From Perkinsus olseni (taxonomy: Eukaryota): a stretch of 64,000 bases of DNA. Positions 1 to 14,419 of the stretch are shown in pieces. The notes beneath the pieces were generated by a model, which worked only from the letters and a program-made list of their open reading frames with translations, was not told the DNA's origin and ran no database searches. The translations under genes were made by a program, and so were the position numbers. The DNA lies in the NCBI GenBank assembly GCA_013115125.1, contig JABANN010000004.1:62001-126000 (forward strand), given 5' to 3'. Within the stretch, counting starts at the first letter, position 1. Each line of letters begins with the position of its first letter.

Positions 1-3000
1 CAAGCATTCGTCTGAAGTCTTCTCTAAGGGACGAGGCCAACTGGTAGTAGTCTGTCCTGAGAACGGTCACAGAGAAGGCGCTCATCGAGGGATGTCACCG
101 CTCTCGCCAGGCTTGATATCATTCGACTTATAGCCGGAGTTAGTCGGTCGTATATGGTGCTGTGTTTCAGCCCGCTGGATGCGACGTATCCGAGCTGTTC
201 TTCCGTAAGAACTGGACTGGTAGCTTGTACGTATCTGCTACCCAGAGAAACGCCTTAGAACAGTTGCTGAAGCAACTTTCTGAGGAGCCTGTCGATGAGT
301 CCTATTTGGTCAACGGTGTCCGAGTAGTGGATGCATCGAACCCCCTGGTCAAAGCTACTTGCCTGGAGCACAACATCGACCTTCACGTCGCTCTCAAGTA
401 CCTTCGCCGAAGAGTCCTCTTGAGCGGCGAGAAGGGCGACAAATTCAAGCAAACAGTCGATTTCGTTCCTGTCCACGCCGTCCGCTACAAGTGCCATATC
501 TGTCACTTCCTTACCAGCCATCGTGTGGCCATACTCAGTCACTACCGCGCTAGGCATGGGTACCAGGAGCTTCCTGACGATCCGACGCTTTACACTGCCA
601 AGCACTTCATACAGACAGTCCTCAATAGTGCTGGTGCTAGCTCTCGGCATAACTACAAAGAACTCATCAACTCCCAGGCCCTCCCTGACCAGCCTAGGCC
701 TCATAAGCGCAGGAGGAGAAACAGAGCACAGGCAATGCAGCAGCTGGATGAGGTTCCAGCTGAGGATGTCCCTGCGGAGAGTAGCGGAGGGGCGCCGGAG
801 CCCCAATTGTCATCCTTCGAGATTGCCTTATTCAAGTTCTATCTGGCCACGGCTAAGAAGCTCATTGACTACAGAGAGCCGGCTATAATCACCAGTGAAG
901 TGCCCGAGCCCAAGCATAGGATTTGGAGTATAGTAGCAGCAGTCGTCGGTAGGACTCCGCAAGAGGCCTATCGCTTGGCGCTGCGTTCGACTAAAGGAAG
1001 GACGACTAACAAGTCTGGTATGAGTCACGGTGTTTATAACTACCTCCCGCTGGGTTACGAGAGCTCCACTGCTCCTATGAATGTGGTGCCTTCTTACCTC
1101 AACTCCACCAAAGACCTTCTGGGCGACTCAATTCTCTCGGCCCTCACCCGTATGATTCTGCTGACGTCGAATAGCTCCTACAGCAGCCATGCTACGCGGC
1201 ACTCTCTCTTCCGTATGGGCTATAAGGAGGAGGATATACGAATGAGCTTCCAGCTGTGGCATGCCCGAGGGATGGTGGGACGAGCCCGCCGTGCTGATTT
1301 CGCTGGAAGGAAGTTTATGCTCTCCAATGTTGCACGTATGGCCGTGTACGGCAAGGCTGCGGATGTAAGACTCCTGGGGAAATTCAATGCCCACAAGCGA
1401 AGTCTTGTTCCAGATTTCCCTCCTGCGAGACGGCCTGGCCTGCTTAGAAGGAGATGCTGATTCGGCGGGTGTGGTTCACGCTGAGCCAACAGGCAGCTGG
1501 ATGCAGGTTCATAAGAGGGTGTAATGGCCGAAGAGGATTATATCTCTATCAGGTGCTAGCAAACTGCGTTGCTCAAGGCCGAGTTACTCTGGACTGCATT
1601 TGGTTCCCCGAGGCGAGCAAGGCTCTGCCTGGTACGCAGAGCGACGCCTCGATACCCAATGTTGAAGAAGAAGAGCATCAGAGTGATGCAGAGGATGATG
1701 AGCTGATGGAAGACCATGACGACAACGAAGAAGGAGGTGAGTCGGCCCTATAGTGGGATACTTGGTGCTTTGATCGTGATGTTGTATTCTCGCAGGTGGA
1801 CAACAGATCTTCGTTGGCATCCGCAAGCACTTGGAGCTGACTCAAAGGCCCGGTGGACCTGATGCTAACAACTCGAAACCTCCGCAGGTTATGGAGGCTG
1901 TGTCATGGGAGATCAATGAGGACGAGGAGGATAACGCCTCAGATGAGAGTGAGCTCTGCATCTCGCGCGTTGAAGTTACCTTAGTACTGCCTTCTGATGT
2001 CCCAGGCCAGCATGGGGCTTCGGCATCTGAGTTCCAGCGGGTTATTATGGAGGTGGCTCAGCACGCATCGGAGTTCAATCCAGCTGGCTATGGCGTCGTT
2101 GCCAAAGGGGACGTCGCCATGGCTACTCCGGAGGGCACGGAAGAACAGGCGGCTCAGGAACACCATAAGGTAGTAGTAATGACCTCCTTCGGAGCTCATT
2201 GTGATTTGGCCGTATGCAGGAGAAAGAGTACGAGAAGTCTTCTGAGTGGACACCAGCTTGGGCGGAGTTCATGCGAGAGCAATATCCGAAGGTTGATGCC
2301 AAGAAGGCTCTCGAGGCCGCCGGTTGGCTACTCCATAGAGTCGACGCTGAAGTGGCGCGGACTACCCCACTCTCCAGTGAGAGCTCCGAGGTATGTGTGA
2401 ATCACCCGAGCACGCCAGTAACGATCTCCTTACAGGTTGATCTCATGGAGACGTACACTAAGGCAATGAAGCAGAAGAGGCGTCGCTGGCCGGACTTTAC
2501 AACGGTGGTTGAGATCCTGGAGAAGCTCCGTCTTACTACTAGGATCGCATCGAATACCACTGATCATACTGGCTGGATGATTTTGTCGGCTGAACACGCT
2601 ATGAAGTCATGCTTCGGACGATATGGGCGTGCCGAAGAATATCACCCCAACGCTCCTGGGGAGGTGTCTCTTCTGGCCGATATGTTATGTAAAGCCTGCC
2701 CGCTATTCAAGAGGATTTGGATGCCAGAGAGGGCTACTAACGAGACTGTCCAGGCGGCGTGCCATGTCCTTGAGACAGCTCACTTGGATATTACTAAGAG
2801 CGCCAAGACCGGTTTCCCGACGAAGTTTCTACCAGATGACTTCGTCCCCTTGGCAGCCTGGGTCTGCGCGGGCAGTTCTACTGGGCCTGGCTCGGTGAAT
2901 TTTGGTGCTATCGCACAGCTCCTGCAGACCGTTATGCTCAACCTACAGCAATCGCCTGGCCTTACGAGCGAAATCATACAAGATCACATAGCAGTGATTC

Positions 3001-3182
3001 CACTATGTGAAATGCAAGTCATCCTCGAGATGCTGACGGAAGGAGGCGCGGTGTATACAGCCTGTGAAGACTTGGCCCCTCCTATTGGGGCTTGTAGTGA
3101 GGCGCGTCTGTTCAGCGCCGAGGATGAGGAATCTAACATTGATGACCCCGTCTATTACCTCACTTTGCCAACGTATTCTTAA
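1..3182 (+). CDS. Probable TFIIIC large (B-block-binding, Tfc3/GTF3C1-like) subunit, multi-exon, 5' end outside the window
   Basis: ORFs 162-1460, 1454-1753, 1831-2400 and 2214-3182 join through short GT-AG introns. The C-terminal 'LLQTVMLNLQQSPGLTSEIIQDHIAVIPLCEMQVILEMLTEGGAV' resembles, from memory, the last winged helix of GTF3C1. 'FQLWHARGMVGRARRADFAGRKFMLS' resembles the Sfc3/Tfc3 C-terminal region. A C2H2 finger is present (YKCHICHFLTSHRVAILSHYRARH). Confidence 0.5.
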
Positions 3183-4027
3183 ACTTATCAACCTTTACGA
3201 GTCGTGTGGAGTTGTGAGTGCACCTCCATTTCCGCCCAGAACGAAGACGTAGGTCACTACGTGCTGATATTCTCCCCGGATTGGTGCGGTGTATGGTAGG
3301 TAGAAGAGCGTTGGAATGATCACACAGTTTTTCCGCGTCTTTGCATCGATCGCCCTCAGGCGATGACGACAACGTCACTTGTCGTAAGTTACCGGGCGTG
3401 CCGCTTCAGGTCACTCGGCATCAGCTGCGGATACCGAACCGGACCACTCTTCCATTCGTATTGCGTGTTTACCCGTATCGACGAACAAAAGATGAGAACG
3501 CTCGCAGAAACTTTTACTAGCATGCGGTGGCACCCCTACTCTTCATCAATGCATTTCTTTATACCCTTCACCGTCCTCATCCCCTTTCCAGTGCAGAGCT
3601 TAAATGCTACCGGCATTATGATGTCAGTGCAGGGTACCCACCCTCTGCGTTTGCTGAGGATGCTCCTCCGATACTGAGGGAATCGAAACACCGATGTCTT
3701 ATGGAGACCAGCCTCCCGTTGCAGCCTTATGTTGTCCTCCTGAAAGAGCAGACCATGCGAGGAAGAATGAACTTACAAGACCCACCGCTTGAGCACGCCT
3801 TAACTGTTGGTTCTGGAAGGAGGCTCGAGCAACGAGGGCCGCTGTGGTCACTCTCGGTGCATCAGAAGCCGCTAACTTCGCAGCGATGGATGCTCGCGAT
3901 GCCAGAAGGCGAGTGGTCAGGTTGGACATAACCACAACCAATGATCCATCCTTAGCGAGAGGCTGAAAAGCCATAACGAAACAGTGACGATGAGGGTAAA
4001 AATGAAACATTGTGTCAAGTGAATCGT

Positions 4028-7000
4028 TCAAAGTAAAGGCATCCAACCGATGTACATGCGAGTCAAGTATTTCGTGCTGGTCGCAATTCGAATTAGCTCG
4101 TCAACTTGGCCCTCAACGCTAATGCTGGCGCCTCTGAACTCCCCCTGGATGTCATTAGCGGGAAGCAGCAGAGGATCTTGAGTACCACCACCATGGCCGC
4201 TGCCAGATACCTCGGCGTTCGCAAGGAACACTACGCCCGACAATTTTTGTTCGACCTCCTTAACGGTTTTATCTGCGTTATCGCTGGCGCGGGCCACTAC
4301 CAAGTTAACCTCTGCCTTGCCACCTCGTAGTGAGAACTGTTTTGTTCTGGCCGCAGTCGACCATGGAGTCACAGGGTCTGCGACGAATGAGAACATAACA
4401 GAGAGGAGAGTCCTCTTGTGAGCTCGCAACGCTGACATTGCTTCTATGCAAGCCCAGCGGAATGGCCCTTCGACGCCATTCGCCCCCATGGCACTGACAC
4501 AGTTACTCGTCAGCCTGAATGGTACCAATTCTGGAACCTTGAGATTGTGGCCAGCATCGAAGATGCAATCGAAGTCGACATGGGTGAGCTCCCCATCTAC
4601 ATCACTCATCATGATGTTCTCACAGTGTCTGTCACCGAGGCCGATGATGTACCCAACCATACACCACAAAGCCTGTGTAGCGACAAATCTGTTACGCATA
4701 TGCAGCCAATGGTCAGCATCCCGGGCGAGGGCGAAGTGCCAATGCTGTAGTACCGGAGGATTCTCACGCACCAAGCGTACGAATGCCGTCGTCCCATTGG
4801 GCGCCAGGATATCATCTCTAACCTTGGTGTTGAGGAGCTTCACGAAGGGGGAGCCTTGCTCCAAGACTCTTGCGGCGGCTGATGTTATACAGTCACGCAT
4901 GGTCTGGAAACCCGTCATCCACTCGATCAGAGCTGCGGCACTAGACAAGCATACCACAGCATACGTTCGGAGTTTGACCTAGGAAGATGACGGTGCCAAG
5001 AGCTCTCGAGGCAACAGCCGCACCCCTTTCAGGAGGCTGCCCCTCGCCTCCCCTTCAGAGTCGGCAGCATTGCGGTTCTCCTTGGAATGATTATCGAGGT
5101 TGTGGTTTATCATGGTGAATAAGTCCATCATCCTGGCGTCCTTCCGCATATCACCATGGGCTTCTTGCTTCGCGAGGAAGGGATACCTAGAGAGTATGCC
5201 CTAGACCTATCGAAGCAGCAGATGAAAGCCTTACTGCCTGCCATCCGTCCCGCACATGACTATCTTTTTCGGTTTAGCTTTACTCGCCATTACCTTCACC
5301 TTCGGGCCCCAGCTGGCAACCCCCACTACGGAGTCCTCTTGATCGGAATCTAGCCGGGCACCATACCTGGCCCAGATCGGTCGACGGCGAAGGTGAATCT
5401 AGTTGAGGCTCACCCAATGTATTGTTGTAGTGGTACGGCTATTTTCGGGGAACCTCTTCCTCCCCGAATGAACCTCTGGAGTTTGGGGAAGGAAGCAAGA
5501 CTCGAGAAGTTGCCATCGCCAACCTTACAGTTAGTGTCAACACATAAGCCACAGAGCTCTCGTATGAGCGCCTTGTGCTGTTCAACTCCTGGGAGGGCAA
5601 CTCTTCATGCCATAATAGGTGGTGAACCTACCTTCAGAGTCCGCCTGCATCGCTGCCGGTAGTGCTTTCTCGTGGAGGACTTTCATAGTATCCACAAAGA
5701 AGCGGGGAGCGTTCCGATCTTTGCTCGACTCCTCACTCGTGTGGTTGACGATGAAAGGCAGCACGTGCCATCTACTCTGAAAAAAACCATCGGCGAGAGT
5801 GCACCTTGTCGCCCAGTACCAGTAGCTTACTTGTCGAGGGTATTTGACTAGAAGTTTGCTTATGATGCTACAGACGAAGGTCACTGTGAGAGTATGAACC
5901 TCCTCCCCGCACGACTTAGCCTTCTCCAAGTATCCCAGCCTAGACACGCCGCTGCCAGACTTCGGCAACCGAGTTTGTCTCATGAAGCTGTATAGAATCC
6001 GCAACGTCCGCAGGTCATCGGGATTGTGGAGCCTCGATAGGAGCTGGGGCAAGGCTGTGAACCACACCCGGAGGGGAATCTCCAGATCAGATTCACAGCG
6101 CTCGGCCAGATTTCGTATAACCATGCCGACTCGTTCGTTCGCCCGCTGCTGCCAACGAACGAACAAGGCTCTGCAGAGGTCTCTAGTGTTGTTCTCGAGA
6201 ATCTGCCAGTTGTCTGGTGCGACCAATGGCCTGCTGTCGGAGGCGTTCTCAATGATCTGGGTCGCCGACACTGATGCGCTGGAGCTTTTCTGAGACATCA
6301 CCGAAAGTAGACCAGATTATGTGATGGATAGTTTTACCTGTCTTGAGAGGTCACCGATACACTTCTCATAGAGCGGCAGGAAGTCTCTCGAAATGAGATT
6401 GACCAGAGCACCCGAGCCTTGGTCCCAAATAATACGCAAAATCCTATTCAGCGCCATCAACTCGTGCTTGGTCCCGAACTGTATAGCCAGCATGTACTGC
6501 ACTGTGATCTCCTGCAGCATCTTCTGGGGGGATAAAGTCCTCGATGATGCAGACTGATGTTTAGTCTCTTCCTCGAGCAATCCATCTAGGTACTGCGCAA
6601 ATGCGAAGTGCCCTCGAGCCCTCCTCTTGGCAGGCAAGCTGGCTGCCTCCGCTAGGACCTCTCTAAACACTGGAATCGACTCTCGCGGCTGCATGAGGTT
6701 CTTGGAACAGCTGTACCGCAGTCTGTCCAGCTTAACGCACCATGCCATGTCCTTGTCGGCCTCCTGAGCTCTTCGACCAGTCAGAAGTTGCGCGACGTCC
6801 TCCAAAGCTTCACGGGATTTGCTGATCTTGCCGAGGTATCGATAAACTTTAGACATCTCCACCGTGAACTGGACGCTCCTCTCCCGATAGATGTTGGGCT
6901 GGGCCCTACACATTACTCCAACTTGCTCCGCTGCTTCAAACCGCCCAGCTCGTCGAAGGGCACGAAGATGCTCCCAAAGGAGGTGGCTCAGCTGCTGAGG

Positions 7001-10000
7001 ATTCCCACCAACCCCACGAATCGCGGCCATTGCGACCACAGGCCTGCCCAAGGTCTCATCAGCTGCCTCCGTCCCTACACGCACGCGTAGGGTTTGTGGT
7101 AAACAGAGGCTGCTCCTATTGGTTAGACACCACTCCAAATCAAATAGAGTTCGAGCCTTCTGACGACACTCGTCTTCGAGAAGCGTCGAGTCCTTTTTCC
7201 CGACGCTAAGCTGGGCAGTGACTCCCCTGTAAGCACTTGTCAGGTCAAAAGCAGTACTGCCTCCTTTGACGCTGACCAGGGCTCCTATTACAGCCGAAGA
7301 TTCCTTCAACTCGGTGGTGGGCTCCGGCCACTTGCCCAACAGGGCAGCTTTTCGTATCCAATGCTCCTCCTGCTGCCGCATGGACATGGTGTCATCCATA
7401 ATAGCTTCAGCAGCAACCGCACCATCCCAGCATATCCTGGTGGAGTCCAGCTTCTTGGCGACGGTTAACGCTCCCGCCTCGCCAGCGGCGTCCCAGGCAG
7501 AATCAGAGCTCATTCTAGAGAATACCCCAGCCATATGGACATAGTCATCGGGCATCATGACAGTAGCACTCGGTGGGGCGTAGGCCTTCTCCATGAAGAG
7601 CAGGGCGTGTGACCACATCTCACACCTCTCGGCCGCCTTACTTAGCGACAGGTACGTAGCTTGACGGTCTCGAAGTAACACCGCTAGTCGGGGACCCAGG
7701 CGGTCACCGCGCTTGCCATTGCCCGGAAGTTTACCGGCCCACGACTCCACGATCTCGTATATTTCAATGATCACAGCCAGCACAGGCCGGTTTGCCGATT
7801 GAGATGTGAGGATCTTCTGCATGTGCAGGAATAGCTTATCCAGCATCTTCTGAGTATCCTTGTTAGAGTAGAGTAGTGCTGCCACGAGAGTTGGCAGGAC
7901 CTCCGAGGCAACCGTGCTAGACTGCTTTAAAAGGAGATCCACAGCCAGCATAAGTCCACGGACTTTAACCGTGTTGTTCTGCGTCCCCGGCAACTCCCTC
8001 ACAACCCACCTCGCAAAGGTCTGAACCGTCCACTCGGAGGGGTCCTTCACCAAGCCATGCTCATCAGTGGCAGAGGCCACCTTGTAGGAGGTGGAAAGGT
8101 ACGGCCAGAGCGTCTCAGCGGCGACCCTGCTCAAGAGATCGTCCGAGACAGCAGACTCGAGGAAGTTGCCACCGCCCATGGCAGTAAGAATGGCCTGTGC
8201 CAGATAGGAGTACTTGGCGCCGCCCATCTTGGGGATGATATATGTCAACAAGAGGTGGACGGCAAGCTCTTTGGCGACTACCTCGCCATTACTGTTATCA
8301 CACCAAGCTCGCTCAGGATCTTCAATACCAATCCTAGCACGGTGGCCCGGAGAGGCAGCAGAGTGACGATCGGCATTGGGCCTGTGCCTCCAGCGACCCA
8401 GGGAACCCAAAGCTCTGGCCACAGCTATGCTGAGTGTCCCGCTCGCTGCAGCATCCCTTTGGAGGAGCAAGTCAGACAAGTGCCTGTCAAGCTGATTAGC
8501 AAGAGCCTCTAGCTCTCCATAAGGGTCGTTCCATGTCTCCGCATAGTGGGACAGGAGGAGGTCGGCCAGGAGTACCAAGATACCCTCAATACAGCAGTCA
8601 GGCCTCGGAGGGGACCATGCAATCTCCTTCAAGACGTACAGTAGTACTGCCTTCACCTGGCCTTCCTCCAGCCGTGTATGGTCCCCACCGAACAATATTC
8701 TCAAATGAGGATCAGTGATGACTTGCTTGGGAAGGCCTCTAGCGTACGAGCGTGCTTGGTCATAGCCCACCCTCGGGAGGTCTACCATATACGTAGACAG
8801 CATAGCACGCTTCTCCTCATCTCGCGATCGTCTATAGAGACTTTTCCAGGGCCGCAGGAGGGTTTCTCCTTCGCTGGACTGCCAGAGTGAACTCTTGAGA
8901 GTGAGCTTCCGCACAGCGTCGAGATTTTGGGACCAGTACAGCTGCAGTACTTGCTCGTCCACTATGTCCAAAAGCAGGGCCAGAGCCGTGCAGTAGCATG
9001 ATGGCTCCTGGTGCTGCTCAGTTCCCTTCACCGATGCATCGGTGATGAGCTTGAGGACATAGAGGTAGTAGCACTTCAAGGCGTGCAACTTATCGGCGGC
9101 ACCTACACTCTCACTCGAACGAGCCCTCTTAGCCGGGGGTTCATCACCGGCGCGCGCCATCGATGTTCGTTTCGATTTGGAGCAGACGATTCTAGCACTG
9201 TGGGCTAAAATCTTATCGACTCTTTCATTAGTCACGGCCTTGATGGTCTCAAAGGTGTCCGTACCGTGAAGGAACCTCCTAGCGAAGCGTAACAGGACCA
9301 GAAAGAGCAGGCCACCGCAGTCAGCTTCGACAATGGTGTCAGTGGAGTGACGCCCACCATAGATGTCCAGGACCGCCCTGAAGACAGAATAGTCCACAGG
9401 GCCTGAAGGGCTCTCGACCAGAGGCGCGGCAAAGACACCATGAGCGAGGACTTCCGCTAGGCAGTCGGTGACGAGGTCCTCTATGGCTCCAGTATTGGTA
9501 ACATTGGGTGAATCATCAAGGCTAAGGAAACGTACGAAGTGCAACACGTGATGCTTCAAGTGCTCCTCCTTCACCCGGGAAATGAGAGCGTTTACGAAGA
9601 GCTGCACCAAGGACTCTCCTACGAGGGGCGTGAGGCTCTCCTTATCCGACCGCAGCCTGGTTACCGTCGAGGGTAGGTCCAGGAGTAGACATACACCGTG
9701 GCGACCACCCTGCCATAAGGAGGATAAGGCGGGGATGAGGGCGGAGCGAAGGTAGACCTGGCCAATGCCTGGGCACTCGAATAGAGACCGTATGCGACAC
9801 CTCTTGAGATGGGCTGCGAAAAGAGCCGGTAAAAAGAAGGGTTTGCAGACCTCCGGCAGTGGCGGTGGCAGGTCAACCACCCCTCGATCGAGGACCACTC
9901 GCGGGTTGCTGGCCATCAGAGCTCGATAGGGCTCGGCCTCCCCAGTGAGCCCGCCTACCAGTTTCAGCACCTGCCCCATAGCGAACTGACATAGCCAACA

Positions 10001-11782
10001 TGAAGCGCCACATTTGGACCCAGTGGTGAGGTCTCGAGCGGTCGCTAGTACTGACGTAGAGAGCTTGCTGCCGATTCCAGTGCCTCCTCCTCCTCCTTTA
10101 CCGGCCTCGCAGACCGCGTTAGTGGTCATTGCCGCCATACGGGGAAGGGTGACACGGAGGTAGGTATGATCCCCATCGGGTTCATGTCTAGGTGACTTCT
10201 CCTGGAGAGTTCGCCCGAATAGTGGCCTGACGCAGGCCCAGGTGCACTCAGTGGTATCAGGAGCGAAGAGGTCTCGAGAGGTATCCTCGAGGAACGCCAG
10301 ACTGATGACGGTGGCAAAGATGAGGTGTGCATTGCAGGAGGCTCGGGACCTATCAGCCGCGTTGAGCATTTGTAGCAATTGTCGAGCGACGGTCTCCTTA
10401 CTGACGCCGTCGCTAAGCCTCAGATAACCCTTGTGGAGGAGGCTTGCCGCTATGCATCTCCAAGTAGGCTCCTCCCCCTGTAGGGCAGCCGATCGGAAGT
10501 GCTTCAGCAAGTCCCCCCATTCTCTGGGACCATCAGTGGTGCCTAGAGTAAGCTCCCTTTCCGTCAGCACGGTTCCGCTTGCTATGAGGACCTCGGACCA
10601 CCAAAGTGACGGCGTAGCGCCAACGGGCACAATGCACTCGCACAGTCTGCAGCAGCGTGGATGCCCCGCCTCGCCGTGTACCCCTCCAGCACTGATGAGT
10701 TGGGACAGGGCGTGCTGAACCTCGCTATTATGAGGTATATCCTCCAAGTGCCGTAGGAGGCACTCAGTGAGGTCCACCTCTAACACGCCCACTTTCCGGA
10801 ATAGGTCCGTTACTGAGTTCATAGACCCGACGTCCTTCCACCAACCAGTCTGGGTCGCCATGTTCCACACCACCCCCTGTTCGGCCGCCAATGCTGCACT
10901 CGGGAGGGAGCGGAGGAGCAGGTCGGCGACGTCGGGTGCGTACTCTAGTGGAGGACAGCCACCAGACTCTACCAGGTCCAGGATGTCGAGGGAGCGGCCT
11001 GGGGGTAGCCACGGTAGGGCTCCGATACACTCCCAGCAGATCGAGAAGAGCTCATCCTCGGAATCATCTCCCAGCTCGGGTACGAGGGCTAGCACGCAGC
11101 TCAGCAGCTTCGTCAATACCTCTCCTGTGGCAACAGCATCGAGGCCAAGATAGTCTCTACGGGCTCTTAGAAGCCGCGCCACTGTAGAGAGTACCCCAAC
11201 GATGGCAGCGGCCGAGGCCTTCTCCGAGTCGAAGCTCCACTGGATGGATACTGGCCCGGGGCTACTACTAGGGGATGCTTGCTGGGGCATTATGAAATCA
11301 TAGGCCGCGGAGACGAAGCTAGGATACACGTGTCGAGACTGGCTAGCTGCTGCATTATTATCACCCTCTCGGAGGAGCAGATGAAGGCCCTTGAGAACGT
11401 AGATGATATCGGCAGTCTCGGCCAGGAATATGTCCAACAGGCTGCAAGTATAGCGGTCTACATGAACGGCCACGGTCACAACAGCCTTCACCATCAAGTC
11501 CACTGACGGCATTGTTATACCGTTACCGTAGGGGTAGAGGGAGAGGATGTTGATGAGGAACAAGAGTGATCGCCGAACATGGCAGCTGAGCATGCACGCG
11601 TTGGGGTTGGTGGACTCGAAAAACGATATGGTGAAATGGAGTGCTTCCTCAACACTCGCCTTGGTAGTACCCTCCCCGGGTCCCCCAGCAGCCTGCATCA
11701 GCTGTCTACCTGAGCGAGGGAATAGAGCCCGACGGTTGCATCCCTTCACTACCAATAGCCTGGCACGCCCTCTCGCCATCAC
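4028..11782 (-). CDS. ATR: PIKK-family DNA-damage checkpoint kinase, ATR/Mec1-like, multi-exon
   Basis: Kinase motifs 'GYIIGLGDRHCENI' and 'HVDFDCIF..G..LKVPELVPFRLT', the segment 'DMRKDARMMDLFTMIN', a FATC end 'RMYIGWMPLL*', the FAT-region 'WFTALPQLLSRLHNP', and a long helical N-terminus (1821-aa ORF). The start codon is uncertain. Confidence 0.85.
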
Positions 11783-11996
11783 TACGTTGCACCTTGTGAT
11801 TACTATTCGTCAAGGAGAAGGCTGAACAGCACGGGTGCGGCGCTCCAGTAGCCTCTTCCTCCACGTTGACAGCACCGAAGTAGCCCCCTGGCGTCCAATG
11901 TAACATGGGAAGGTAGAACTCACAACGTGGGCATAAATACCCCGAACTGGAAACACGGCCCGCAACTTTCAATTGAGAAACGAGTACTGAAACGAA

Positions 11997-13533
11997 TCAC
12001 TGAGTGTCAGCATCAGCAGCATGTTCGATTGAATTTTCGAAGTCCGGCAACTCCAGACGCTTGAGAGCCTCCTCCATAAGACGCCGTATCTTGCGCGCTA
12101 CCTGATGGTCGTCGTTCATGAGGTATGGAAGGTACCATCATACCATCTCTAGGCTGAATCCCATGAGGGCGCTCGTTGCCACAACGGCATCTATGAACCC
12201 CTCTTTGGTGAGGTCCTTATCGATAGCGTTGGCCGCTGCTAAAGCTGCCTCGATACCTGAGCCGTCCACTCTTGGAGAAGGTCCATCCCCGACTGCCCCA
12301 CTACCGGCACCATCACACTTATTGACTAGCACGATGAATGGACGATGAGACATCTCCAGGGAATAGAGCTTGACCTCTAGCTGAAGGGCTCGGAGGGTAT
12401 TGAGGGCTGCGTCAGGACCCTGGGATCCATCAACCTACTACTGAAAATATACTCAACACCTGGCTTGGCGGCGATGATGACGACGCCTCACCACGTAGAG
12501 CAGGGCGGTAGTCCTCTGAATATGCCGTAGGAATTGGTGACCAAGTCCAACATTATCGTGGGCCCCTTCCACAAGACCCGGCAGATCAGCTATCACATAC
12601 CCACCTGAGAGAGGTCGTCTGTTGGATTATCATGCCGCGAATACCCTACCATCTTGGTCGTCGGTGAATCTCAGAGTCCCCAGATGCGGAGAGAGAGTCG
12701 TGAAGGGATAGGAAGCAACCTTTGGCCGTGCTTTAGTGAGTGCCCTCAATAGACTAGACTTGCCTACTGAGAACCCTATTCCCTCCGAAGCCGCGCCCAA
12801 CGTCCTCACCAGCGTTCGGGAAGCCTACTAGCCCAACGTCGGCTATGGACTTGAGCTCCAAGATGAGATGTTTAACTTCACCAGGATCTCCAACAGTAAA
12901 GTCATGAGGGTGATCCAAAGCCACGTTGCCGTGCCCACCGGCTCCGCCGAAGGCAGCAATCTGCGCACTGGTCGACGGCCGGCAGCCGGGGTACGACCTA
13001 CGTAGGTCTGGTCGGCCTTATTGAGGTCCGCAAGTATGACGGGCTTCTCCTGATCGTCCTGTGGCTCCGTTGATACTACTACGCCGAGAGGGACTTTCAC
13101 TACCAAAGGCGATGCGTTCTTCCCAGATATTCTGACAGACGCCACCCCAGGATCTTTGAACGTGCCTACTCCTCCTCTGGTACTACTTCCTGTTTCGGCC
13201 CTTCCCTCCATCCATCGCCCTGGCCACTCGCGGAACGTTAGTGAGAGACACTACATTTGGATCGGCCTTGAATACGACATCTCCTCCACGACCACCATTC
13301 CCACCACTAAGAGGAGTGCTACGCGGAGACACGTGCCAGGCTGTGCGCTACGCTGGGACTCCAGGGCCGAAGAGCTTCGGGCTGACGTGCTTGATGTAGG
13401 CGACATGGCCTGCTCCACCTTGACCACTCCTCACTTCTACACGCCTCCGATCCACCAATCCAGCGCTCAATGCTGCACCAGAGAAGGCTCTATGTGTTAG
13501 CACAGGCTGGCTACTCTTGACCCTGATGAGCAT
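11997..13533 (-). CDS. Obg-family GTPase (organellar, MTG2/GTPBP5-like), multi-exon
   Basis: Obg-fold glycine motifs ([18 protein letters not shown]), G1 '[15 protein letters not shown]', G2 'YPFTTL', G3 '[10 protein letters not shown]', G4 'NKCD' and G5 'SA'. The N-terminus is Arg/Ser-rich and presequence-like. The stop TGA at 11997-11999 follows the last intron. Confidence 0.9.
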
Positions 13534-13863
13534 CCACTGGCGGATAGCAGCACATCAAGCTTCAACTATGAGAAGGTAAATAGACACCCTATCGTTCATG
13601 AGGGCTACGATGGTTTCGTTAACACTCCCCTTATTGACTGATACTACCAACGCAAGTCTTCAGGGATACTATAGTGCTACTAGCAGTACTGACGGACCCT
13701 CATGATAGGCCTCAGAAAACAACATAGTTGAGCGTTATCGACACAGCAGCAGCAGAGAGAAGGGTGGGTACCATTACTGTGGCCCCATAAAAATGTACCA
13801 TGGGCCACTGCTAACCCTCTTCCACGTCCACGCTACCATCAACTATACAGCTAGTGAGTCTTC

Positions 13864-14151
13864 TTAAGAGCCCATGATGATGTTGTTGATGGGGATGAAG
13901 ACTAGTTTAATAGTATATCCGATGAAGCCCATGATGCAGAAGCCGATGAAGCAGGCTGATGCCATCTTCTTGAATTCTGAAACCAAGCGACTAGGATGAT
14001 TATGAGGGCTCTGCGCAGTGGACTCACCTTTAGCATCCGGCTTCTCGCACTTCTGGATGAGTCTCCTAGAGTCTATCGCGAATTCACGCAGGCCAGTGTT
14101 GACATATCCAACAGGGTTGGACTTGTCGCTGATGAGTTCGTTGAATCCCAT
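13864..14151 (-). CDS. SEC61G: Protein translocon subunit Sec61 gamma (2 exons, intron 13977-14027)
   Basis: '[54 protein letters not shown]' is the typical Sec61-gamma sequence. The 51-nt GT-AG intron is in frame, so the ORF track reads through it. Confidence 0.95.
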   Translation of the reverse strand: MGFNELISDKSNPVGYVNTGLREFAIDSRRLIQKCEKPDAKGESTAQSPHNHPSRLVSEFKKMASACFIGFCIMGFIGYTIKLVFIPINNIIMGS

Positions 14152-14419
14152 GCCGAGTAGATGAAAAAGTTAGGAGACACTAAGAGAACCTCTGACCGCC
14201 TCCAGCAAGCCCCCTGTTGCCTGGCCAACGCTAAGGCGATCCCTGCCTGGGGTAAATCTTATGATGAACTAATACACTACAGTCGCATGTACGGTATGCA
14301 AGCAGCAAAATGAAAGGCATCCCAAGTAGCGCCGAGCTGACCACGACCCGGTGAAGATGGACTAGGGTACAAAAATGAGATTAAGTATACAATGGTACAA
14401 CATGGAGGAAGAAACGTTG

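Noticed and set aside
3363-4046. Short ORFs between the TFIIIC-like gene and ATR
   Set aside because: No motifs or coherent exon structure; likely convergent 3' UTR or intergenic sequence.
6788-11825. Numerous antisense and alternative-frame ORFs over ATR and other genes
   Set aside because: Shadow ORFs expected opposite long, moderately GC-rich coding exons; no independent motifs.
11706-11972. ORF with GYLCPRC resembling a TFIIH p44 zinc knuckle
   Set aside because: No further matching Cys pattern or vWA domain; it lies in the short Obg-ATR spacer and has a non-ATG start.
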